DNA from: Hydrolagus affinis
Taxonomy: Eukaryota
Assembly (NCBI GenBank): GCA_012026655.1
Contig: JAAILG010000040.1
Span: 62,001 to 126,000 of the forward strand
Direction of reading: 5' to 3'
DNA: 64,000 nt
Shown here: piece after piece, positions 25,211-36,430 of the stretch
Position numbering within the stretch: the stretch's first letter is position 1
Layout of the letters: every line of letters starts with the position of its first letter
Made by a program: the position numbers and the translations under genes
The notes under the pieces: generated by a model
Database searches by the model: none
What the model was told of the DNA's origin: nothing
Seen by the model: only the letters and a program-made list of their open reading frames with translations

Positions 25211-26384
25211 GTCGGATTTTCAAACCAAACACAACTCAGCAATGCAAATATAATACAAACTTATATTTATACAGTGCCTTTTATTTTGGAGTTAATTAAT
25301 TATGAGAAAACTGAAGTTGTAATATTGTAATTCTGTGAGAATAATATTCTAAAGCTAACAACTCAACTTTATTATCTCTACAAAATAAAGCTCATTGGAT
25401 TCTCTAACTCTCCTTCAGGACCTAATTAGCTCTTAAGTTTTGTTGGAAAATTATGTCAAGCAAAAGATATCCCTTAGGATTTTTTAACAGAATAAGGGTG
25501 GAGTTTTAAATGAGTTGACTGATTCCAAGTTGTTGGTTTTTACAATTTTTAAAGGTAAACTCAATTTTGTTTTAACTGAATAGATTTATTCTGCCTTGGG
25601 GATGGAGTAGGGGGTGCAGAGATAAATTGGACTCTTTGTAGCTGGTTACTATCAGAAGGTACTGAGCGGGTTAAACACAGCCATTGCAATTTCCTATTCA
25701 TGTTACACAAACTGCCTTAAAAAAGGATGAATTAATAAAGAGTTGAACATCATTTAATTGTACAGCACATCAGTGAAATAATTTTAATGAGGCTTCTGTG
25801 TGATTGCATGCTGGAGAGATAGAAGTGAGAGGTCCCATTAAAGCTGAACGTATTTAAATTTTTGAAAAGGTTATTCTTAATTTACAGAATATTTTTTTTT
25901 CCAAGAATGGCAAGAAAACAATGCAGCAATTTCTAACGGGATTCTTCAATACGGCACCAGCTGTAGTCTTCTGTGGCCATTGACCAGAAGTACATCACAG
26001 TGACTACGCCCTGACTACGCTGAGCTGCTGTGAGGTGGTCCGACAAACTGTCAGTTTCCATATAAAGGAATTGTTGCAAATGGTATGTGTCTTGGAAACA
26101 TTCCAAATATATAAGACAGATTTTTCTCGTCAATGTATGGCATAGGTTTTTGAAGAATTATAGACTGATACAACACCGAAGGATGCTGTTCAGCCCATCG
26201 TGTCTATGCTGACTCTTTGGAAGAGCTACCCAATCAGTTCCACTGGCCTGCCCTTTACCTGTAGCCCTATAAATTGTGCCTCTTCAAGTGCCTATCCAAT
26301 TCCCTTCAGTATGTTGTTATTGAATATATTTCCACCAGTCACAGTTTGGAAGTCTGAGTATGTTGGCACTCTACCACTCCTTAA

Positions 26385-27013
26385 TGGGGTCCGTCGATAT
26401 GGAAATTTTCCGATTTAGATATATCGATGGGCTCATATCGAGATATACCGAAATATCGATATTTTCGGGTTTTGCGTACTGCGCATGTGCGCGCGGCGTG
26501 CATTCGGGGTGCACGCACATTCGGGACCTATCTCCTCAGGAGGTAAATATCTTTCTCACACTCACTCTCTCCATCTCTGTGTTTTTCTGTCTGTGTCTCT
26601 ATGTCTCTCTCCTCNNNNNNNNNNNNNNNNNNNNNNNNNNNNNNNNNNNNNNNNNNNNNNNNNNNNNNNNNNNNNNNNNNNNNNNNNNNNNNNNNNNNNN
26701 NNNNNNNNNNNNNNACCCAGCCGTCTCTCTCCGCCTCCCCACCCCAGCTGTCTCTCTCCCCTCACCCCTTGCATACCTGTATATTGTATTCTAGAACTAT
26801 GAATACAATATGGTGGCTTTGCACCTCGGTCTGTGCATTGTGTATAGAGATGAGCATTCTGGGTCTTGTAGTTCAGTGTGTGCGCATTCTGATTTTTTCC
26901 CCTCGATATATCGACTTTTCGATATATCGATATTTTTGAAATGCCTATATCGGCGTATCGATATGAAAATTATATCAGGTTTTAGCGATATATCGATATA
27001 TCGCCGGACCCTA
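26385..27013. mobile_element. Non-autonomous hAT-type DNA transposon (MITE), same family, copy 2 (spans the assembly gap)
   Basis: TIRs TGGGGTCCGTCGATAT / ATATCGCCGGACCCTA; 8-bp TSD CTCCTTAA at 26377-26384 and 27014-27021; the first ~100 bp and last ~100 bp match copy 1. Confidence 0.9.
26615..26714. other. Assembly gap (100 N)
   Basis: Run of exactly 100 N flanked by CT-rich low-complexity sequence; true length unknown. Confidence 0.99.
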
Positions 27014-30000
27014 CTCCTTAATGGTATCTAATCCTTGTGACCACTCGTTTCCACCTTTCAGGCAATGCATTCCAGACTGTAACAACTCTGTGTAAAATAC
27101 TGTTTACGCAGTATTCTGATCAGCGCTACCAATTTTTAAAAACAATCTACCTGTAGAGAGGATGCTTTCAAATTTGCGTTGACCCTTCATCTGGATGCTT
27201 TGCTTTTGAAAGTAAATGTTCTTAAGTTCTTTTGAATAGATCAAGAACAACTTTAAGAGTTCTTGGGCGCATGGACGGGATGGGGTGTGTGGGGGGAGGG
27301 ATGGGGTGGAGGCAAGCAAGGATTTGGATTTTAATGGAGCTACCAAGTGCTTTTTTTTATCACAGTACAGTATATGTTTCTTGTACAAAATGTTGGGTTA
27401 AAAAAGTGATTTTACTTCATCCGCTGATACAGACAATGAGATCGACTATAACTGCATCCTGCCATACCTGTAATCTTACAGAGAAGTGACCACATCACTC
27501 TCATTGGTCATTGTAAGATAGTGACTCGTCTTACTATTCTACCAAACAACCCTTTCTTTTTGCAATAAAATAAAAATTGGATGCTAAGTGCAAAATAGAA
27601 TATGTAAAATTACTCAACAACAAGATAATTACATTGATAGAGCGCCTTTCCCAGCAGTTACTCAGCAGCTGAAACCAAAAGGAAGACATTCCATGCTTAA
27701 GTTACAAAAAACCTATTAAATGAGTTGCGGAGTCCATTAAAAAGAAGCTGCTTTGATCATACGGATCAAAGTTGTCTGACGTATCTCAGTTGTCTTAAAG
27801 ATGCTCCCAAGCGATAAGACTCCACAGGAGGTCAGATATGATCTGCCTTCAATGATTAAATGGAGCACTCTGCCCATTAGCTGCTTTAAGAGAACTGTAT
27901 GGAATCACAAGGTTATCATTAGCATTTTAATCAATACTCCTATGGTCATTGGTCCTCTGAACTCTCCTTTTGTGTTCTACCCAGAAGTGGTTTAACCGAT
28001 GAAGACAGCTGTAAAACAGCGCATACAATACAATTACCCAACATGGTTTGATTTTCAATCTCTTTGAAATCCTGCTAATAAAAATAATAATCCTTGCATT
28101 TGATAAAGCGCTTTTCATGTCATATACTGTAAATGTCTGTATATTTGTGGGCAAAATGCAGCATCCAATTGCGCACAGCAGTGTCCCACAAACAGTCATG
28201 GATTGAAATGACCATTTATTCATTCTTTTTGAGGCACTTTCCTTCATGATCTCAAGACTGTGGAACAATGCACATGCATGCCTCTTCTTCCTACAATCAA
28301 CAAACTTTTGAAGTCCTAGTATGTTAGCACTGTACCACTCCTTAATGTATCTCATCCTTTCGACCACTCATTTCAAGCTTGAACGCATGGGAATTTTAGA
28401 AGCAGGAGATTGCAAGGGCAGTGAACACAAATAAATGCCTTGAATTGTACTTCATTCTTAAATTCAGTCTTCATTTGGAACTGCAGAAAACCGGCAAATT
28501 CTTAAGAATTTAGCACAATTCTGCTCAAGAATTCTGCTTACCGAATTCTGTCTCCCAGGCTAAAATGAGGTGAATATTCAAACTTCTGTAAATTCTGTGT
28601 TCAACGGGTGACATCCACACATCACAACTGTTGCCATGTGCGAAATTCAGTGTGAATAGATGTATCCAGTCAAATCAGAAGGAATTCTTGGATTTGGATT
28701 TATGTAGTACAGTATTAGCAGTGCAATCCAGATGTACAATGCCAACTTGTAACCTTTGGAGGCTATAGTTATAATAAAATATGGGAATATAATTACTGGA
28801 GCTTTTTACGCATTCTGCTGGAAGCTTATCAGGCAGCTTCAGGGACATCGAAATGAAAGTGCATGATCACCTCATCGTGAGACAGTGGGCATCATTAAAT
28901 GAATTACATTCCTTTAACTATCTCCCATTACAGCAATCAGCACACAGGGGGCTTCATTTGCTCACTCCATCGAAGCAAGGCATACCAACAACCTGGCCAG
29001 AACCAAAAGTCATAATAGGAAGAGAGGCAGATTGCTGAGGAGAATGAAACAGAGGAGATTAATTGTCATCTGTCTAATTCGGATGTAGATTAACGTGTTC
29101 TCTGTTATACACATATATACTGCATATATACACACACAGTAATGAACTATGAGTCATAATTCTACATATATTATTCTATATTTTGTACTGACTTTTATAG
29201 CCTGAAATATCTCATATTCTCACCGTTGCCTTAAAATTTACAAACGAACAGCAATTTGAAAAATTCTTCAATTTGGTCTTGATTTTGCGACTGATGTTAT
29301 TCAGACATTTTAAGACCTCCGGACAACCAGTTTCCAAACGAAATTTCCAACAGTCTGCACAAAGTTACACATTGAGACAATGGTGTTAAATCCAAGGTCA
29401 TGAGAACTTACGGGTCCCTTGCATTCACAAAGCACCTATGCATCAAACTTTGTGTTTTTGTTAACGTCACATGAAAATATCGATTCTAGCGGCTGTTTGA
29501 AACCCCCACGTTGCTGTTTCCACACCATTGGGAAAACCCATCCTATCTAGGAAGGACAAATTGTCTCCAATGTCTTTGAAGGTACATTGTTAAACAACTG
29601 GTGTGGAGGCAGTAGCATGAAAGGCCAGTACTGTATAACTGAATGGTTTGTTGAATGTTTGATTCTCCCTCTCGCCTGATGTCCAGAACTCAGTCAAACT
29701 ACTGTACAAACATTCAATGCAGATCCTAGGCACTATCTCATGAGCAGTGAAGAAAAAAACTAGAAAGAAGCATCACAAGTTAATTCCTACCATATCTCTT
29801 AAGCTTAGAAATGGTACCTGTACAAATCTAAGGAATACTTAACCAACAACAATTTATATAGCACCATTCACACAGGGTAGCATCCCAGAGTGTCACACAT
29901 GCTCTCTTTGTCTTTGAAACCCTCAACTGTCCAGTCCCTGGGGGCCCTCCCAACCTGAAGGGTGCTCTCCAAATACAATAGTTGTTGTTGCTGTTATCAA

Positions 30001-30876
30001 TTCACAATTTGTAAAGGACAAAGTGAAGTGGAAGGACTTAGTACTGTTGAAAGATAAAAGGGGGAAGAATGAAGGCAGGTCATAAATTCACCGGAGAATA
30101 CTTGGAGAACAGAATATTTCAGCGACAGTAGCCAATAACATTTGAACATTTAATCCAAATTATTCTGTTCATGCTGAATAAGCTTCGTGCTGAGTTTTAA
30201 ATGCAACAGCAGCAATTAACTCAATGAGTAAAGTACAAGTCTTCTGATGCTTTTTCCTATACTCGTATAATTGAGGACATTTATAAAAATTGGTCAGATC
30301 AAAGGGCAATGAATCATGGCTAAGCTCTGAGCTGGGATGTACAATCATTAAAAGAAGCTTCCATTTCTTCTGGGTTGGCTCAATGTAAGGAGATTTCTCA
30401 TCATAGCGAAACTGCATTCTGTCAAGAATTCAGACTGCTACATATATCTGCCAGCAACTGATAATATATTAGCATCCAAAGCAATTATCACACAATTCCA
30501 TTTCTCAAAATATAATCAACAAAGAAGATCAGCACAACATGATTCTTAACTCAAGCCTCTTCCTAGTTGCTGCCCTATGGCAATATATTCAAGCCAACTG
30601 AACCTCTTCACGTCATTTCCTCTGAAACAGGAGCAGATCCCTAATGACTGGTCTAATGCAGTAGTTAAGAACAATAAGCGTTCATTGGCAGTCTCGGCAA
30701 ATACTCATTGTTGCAAAACAGGCATGAGTATAATCATAGCAGCAGAAAAACACCGGCTTTACAAAACAATTAAAGCTGAGAAGGTTAGTTCAAGTGCTTT
30801 CAACCAAAGAATGTCTGTGTGGCTGCCAGTTATGAAACTGCAACATGCCTGAAGAAGAGCAGAGGCAAAGAACATA

Positions 30877-31188
30877 TAATAATAATATTAATCCTTGCAT
30901 TTGATATAGCGCTTTTTCACATCTTCTAGACGTCTCAAAGCGCTTCACAGAATATACTGTAAAGTTAAGTGACTGTATATTTGTGAGCGAAACGCAGCAG
31001 CCAATAACGCACAGCACCGTCCCACAAACTGTTGTGGATTGAAATGACCAAATTTAAAAAAAAATGGAGCGATTATTATTAGGGGGAGTAAGGAAACTTG
31101 CCCAAGGTTTCGCCCTGACCTGTCTGGATTCGAACACAGGTCTCACATTTTTAAGGCGAGTGCTCTACCCACTGAGCTACAGGACTCC
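30877..31188 (-). mobile_element. tRNA-derived SINE, short form, full length
   Basis: GGAGTCCTGTAGCTCAGTGG head, GTTCGAATCC box B, (TTA)n tail. Confidence 0.9.
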
Positions 31189-34100
31189 ACATCACATGGA
31201 GGGAAGAAATATGCTTTAAGGGAGAAAGTGAAAATATTGAGTGTGTCCTATACCTGAATACCCTGGGGGTAACAATGTAGAAATACCGTGGTCTTGAGGA
31301 TAGATAATAACACTCCTGTGTTGTTCGCAGTATTTTCAATTCATTGAAATCGATCAAAAATGAGATGGAGCTGTTGTGCAATATCTATCAATCCCCCATT
31401 TACCGAAACTTATGCTGAGCTTTGCTCTTTCTTATAATGTTCAAGAGGCAAAGCCGCTGTTTTATCTCTGGAACAAGGAATTGAATTCATCCCTACCAAT
31501 TGTTGATGTCTGAAGTTGAATAAGCTCCAATTGTACTGCAATTCTCAAGATCCCAGCCAACTGTAAAAATACCAATTTTGATACTATTGCTTCGAAAGAC
31601 CAAAATAACATCACTGGCATTGAAATAAGAGATTCTTCCAAAGCTACAATTAAAGAATGTTATTGAAGTAAACACAGGAATTCTGTAGTGCTTTTGATCT
31701 GTGCTGTATCTGGATTTTCAAGGAGTTTGGCATGGATACTGGGTTCAATGTGAACCAAGACAAGTGAGCATACTGAATAAAATCCCTGTAGAAAGAATGT
31801 TGACACAAAGAACTATAAGATCTGTTCAATAAACAGCCCAAATGTATGCCTACATATATCAATGCAAATTGAAAATCCATCAGTGTAGTTTGGTTTCAGG
31901 CTTCTTGGCAATTTTCTGTTATTTAACTTTCAAAAGAGTTAACCCTTAAGGTTGTATTGAGCCTTTCTTAGAACTATTGAGAAAATAATGTTAAACTCAG
32001 CCAAGCCATTGCTATACGTCCAGGAAGATACAAAGCCATTCAGCACATCAACTGTCCCACCTGTTTATTAGATCACTGCATATCAATGGTGCTTGCATTT
32101 TGTCCACACTCCTGAATGTCCAATAATTCCTAGGTATTCATTTGTCTTGTAAATAAATTATTGCCTCATCCCACCGCTCTCTTGCCCCCTTCAAGTCCAG
32201 GCTAAAGACTTTCCTCTTCGACCGTGCCTGCCCTCCCTCCCTCCACCTTCCCTCCCCCCACCCAGTCTGCCATCCATCCCTCCTGACACCCAACTTCCAG
32301 CTCAGGTCCAAAATCACTGATTGTCCAGCACCCTAGGAGGTCTTTCTGACATGAAGGGCACAACACAAGAGTCATTTGTTGTTGTAAACATCCTGATTGA
32401 TTGTCCATATGGCCCTACTGAAAACAGTGCAATTGAGTGAGAAACTCCCCTTTTCTTTCAAACACCGGTTCTTAAGCATCCATCTGAATTAGCAGGTCAT
32501 TCGATATCTCAACCAAATTACGTCCCCTCCACCCATCCAAATATATGGACTGTGAGCCAGCCTTGAAGAGGAGAGACACCATTCTATAAATACAACTGAT
32601 ATCAGAAAGATACTGAGGCAAGTTATTACCGAAGTTGTGATGCCTTATTATTATTACTTAATATTATTCATTGGTTAATTATGTTAACTTGGGTGTAATT
32701 ATGTTGGCAGATTTGGGTATGTCTATGTTCGCAAATTTATGTGATTAACGAATAGTCTAGTTCTCTGTAACAGGCAATGATGGGTGACATTACAGGAATA
32801 ATTTCACATTGATGGATGCATCGTACACTCAAACTTTTCCCCTGCAAATTGATTTGCTTAAACAATGGGCAGCTCTTGGACGCATATTCATACAGAAAAT
32901 AAACAGATATTTTAGAATGTAGATATTTGTGCTCTGAATGAATTCACGGCAGAATGCCAAACTTAAATAATTCACTGAAAGAAATGGTAACCTAATATAC
33001 TTATGAACGTGTCTCTAAAAAAAACATGCCTGACCTTGCCGAAGACTGTCCAGATTATTTCTGAAAGATAAAGCAAGTCTAATGCCAATCAGCAGGCATG
33101 TCCATGAAATCCCATTCAATAAACTTGTGCAGTGCAATCTTACCTTTTCATACGTTCAATTAATTTTAAAAGAAACCTCCTAAAAAAGAGACTAGTTTTA
33201 ATTGAGAATCTTTGTTTTAGACTCTACTTTTGTTTTCCATTTAGGGACAATGAGTTAAATACATTATTCACCATAATAGAGTTCATTTAACCTTGGGTGC
33301 ATTAAAAAGGCCTTTGCTCTAAACAATCCATACAAAGTCAATACCTTATTATTATTTTACTTAGCTCGTTACATACTGATGACATTTAGTTAATTCCCTA
33401 AAAAGAGACTCAGTCAATGTGCTGCAAACAACCATTTATTTGTGCTTGGCTGAAGCTTAAATGAATGATTGTATTATTAAAACACCCTTTTCCCTCCAAG
33501 ATGTAATTTGAATACAATTCGCCTAATTTATTTTCCAAATACGTCTCGACTGAAGTGTACAGTTAAGAATTCTTGTAGTGGAGGATCAGGGAGCTCAAAC
33601 TTCTCATTAAAAACCCACAAACCTCTTTGTGCTTAAAAGAAACTTCCTGTTCCTGAGCTAAGTGGATAGGGAAGAAATGAAGAGAAGATAGCCTTCATCA
33701 ATGATACACAATATGGATGTGCCAACTGAAACTATCAGAGAATGACGGATATCTATTTACATACCTCATCTTATTCAGCATTTCTTTAAACTTTGCTTGT
33801 ATGTTAAAGATGTACTGTGAGGTTAAATTTACAGCATTTGGAGGCAAACTGATTTTTCTCACAATTGTGCTCAAACAATAAAAAAAAGCAACTGATTAAA
33901 AAGAAGCCTTCTTCATTATTCAGTTTCTGTCCCTGAATTTGCACTGTCGTTAACAAGGAATAGACAAACTCTAAATGTATTGTGACTTCAAGACATTAAT
34001 AAATCAGATTTTATTGATGATTCTCGGAAACAAAACATTTTTTTTACCCTTTGATAGAAAGAACATTTCTGGGTTTCTTTAAAAAACATAGCAAGTTCAT

Positions 34101-34254
34101 TATATCAGATGATTTTATTCACTTAATTTCAGCTAACCTTGCATTCGGTTGTCCCTCATGAGTTTGCCAATGAATATATTATGCTGATGAACAGCATATT
34201 TTACCAGAACAAAAAGTAAGAAGTGAATAACTGCCAAAGAGCCTATGAGTTGCA

Positions 34255-34584
34255 ACAATAAGAATAACCCTTGAATATGATGTAGCGCTTTATCCCGTAG
34301 TTGCTGCAAATCAAAGTGCATGTAAATTGACTGTACATTTTGTGGGTGAAATGTGGCAGTCAATTGACACCTCAGTGATCCACAAACATTATCATTATTA
34401 TTTTTTGAAAGGATTACTACCCTCAGGAAATGATCCGCCATTCACCTAACGACTGGGTTTCTACTTTCTGCTAGATAAACGGAAGTGTGTGGAATAAGGA
34501 AACTTGCCTCGGGTTTTGCCCTGCCCGGGAATCAAACCCAGGTCCTGCGAGATGAGTGCTCTAACCAGTATGAAATAGGACTCC
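34255..34584 (-). mobile_element. tRNA-derived SINE, long form, diverged
   Basis: Contains the extra central segment (TTCCGTTTATCTAGCAGAAAGTAGAAACCCAGTCGTTAG on the minus strand). Confidence 0.82.
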
Positions 34585-36039
34585 ACAGTTTTTGTAATGT
34601 ATGTTTCCTTTAGTCACACTTATTGCATGTTAAATTTATAATAATCATTGTAATATAAATCATGCATATTTCATCTCATTTTTTCAAATTAAAATGCTTT
34701 TACTTTGTCACACACATTCAATGGCATACAAGAGACTGCCTGAGGTAACAGCAACAAGGGCAGAGTGTCTTGTCTCACATATTTAATCGAAGTGTTTGCT
34801 AAGATTTCAAGAACCACATGAGTTTATTAAATGGCAATCCACTGATTTCTCCGAAACCGTGGCCGAACAAGCCTGATACATTAGGAAAAGAATAGCTACA
34901 CAATTCAGAGTTGCTGAATTGCTGAGAGATGCTCCCAAGGGGAGATTTTTTTTCCCCAACATACTGCTCACGGTATCAACCTCACAAAAAGGTAAAGGGT
35001 TGAGTATTCCTACTGGGTTTTTAACTCGACACCTTCGCCCCTCAAATCAAGGATGTTCTCTCTGTGATTCAAAGACTGCGTGTAAGGGTTAATGCAGAGG
35101 GAGTGTCCCACAGGCAAAGGAAGCAACGGGAAAAAATAATCTTCAATTTAGTTAAATGGTTTGGTACACTTACCCTTGCACGCACCTCTCACAGCTGCAC
35201 TGATGTACAAATCATTTCTGTGAGAAAACACACCATTGAATACATCTGTTCTCTGTTTTGCATAATTTATGCAGAAGTGAGAATTGGGACTAATTTCCTA
35301 CTCCGCTCAGTCCCCAGAATTGCCTTAGTTCACGCTCCGAGAGTAATACATATTAATAATTCATCTCATTGCAGGTCTAAATTTGAATTCTGACACACTG
35401 GCACTGTAAATATAAATATATATATTTGAAATTGGCCTGACCACAATAAACTGAAGCACGAATCATTACTGGCAGTTAGCAGCAAGGCTTCCTGCTAAGG
35501 TGACAGAATTTATCCCCGATCATGTTATTTTCAGAGGCCCATAACGTCAATGAGCTCATTTTTCAAACAAGCGTCACAAGACCTTACAGAAACATACTTT
35601 TCACAATTTTCCAATCTGAATTCCCACAGCCGCCACCACATGTGAAGTGTCAGGAAGATCTTAATGATAGTTGTGTCAAACAAAAGGTTCGAGTGGGATT
35701 GATAAACATTCTGTGCTTCAATAATTCAGATTAAAATAATAATAAATAAGTGTTTGCATTCATACAGTGCCTCGATGCTGAAACACCGTAGGTAATTGCT
35801 GGCAAATTAGTGACTGTATCGTGCAGTGAGGTCCCACAGACAGCCAGGGAGCGAGTGATCAAGATATCTGGTCAATTGCAACCTAAGACAATGGGAGCAA
35901 CTCCCTTCTCTTATGCAGTGTAATGGGGTTTTTAAAATCCACCTGTGCAGGCAAGCAGGGCTTCAATTCAATCTCATTCAAAAACATAGGATATAGGGGA
36001 TTGGGTGTCACACTGGGCAAAAGTATTGTTCTCTAACCT

Positions 36040-36430
36040 TCAATTGTATTAATCCACCCCAGACTGATGGGATAGAGGTCTTCTTTCACTGGGGGCTCTT
36101 GGAGTCTTGCGTGAAATGAATTTGGACAATGTCAAATTGGGGAAGAGTGGTGGCGACAAGAGAGCCCACAAGAAGAAACTACCCATAATTTGGCAAAGAT
36201 TGTAACTAAGTTGACTGTTACTCAAATAAGCCATAAGCATGGTGTATGTGTGCATGATAAGAAAATATTCCTAATGTGGTAAGAGTCCTTTTTGAAGGTT
36301 AACAATGCAGCTCTGTATCTGGAAAGAGTCAAAGTAGGGTTACTGTACAGGTATGTTGTGTGCTGACACAGAGTTTTGAAAGCAGAAATGTATTGCATTC
36401 TTGCGTTGATTTGCCTTGATATCCAAAATA
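36040..36430 (+). mobile_element. Ancient LF-SINE-related relic
   Basis: AATCCACCCCAGACTGATGGGAT...GTGAAATGAATTTGG...CCCATAATTTGGCA resemble LF-SINE internal blocks recalled from memory; heavily decayed. Confidence 0.4.

Larger units (their letters stand above)
26150..27100 (-). mobile_element. CR1 3' fragment hosting nested insertions
   Basis: CAGCCCATCGTGTCTATGCTGACTCTTTGGAAGAGCTACCCAATCAGTTCCAC...TTCCACC resumes at 27056 as TTTCAGGCAATGCATTCCAGAC. Confidence 0.75.

Noticed and set aside
26360-26939. Long ORFs of 105-144 aa
   Set aside because: They are artefacts of reading through the 100-N gap and low-complexity sequence.
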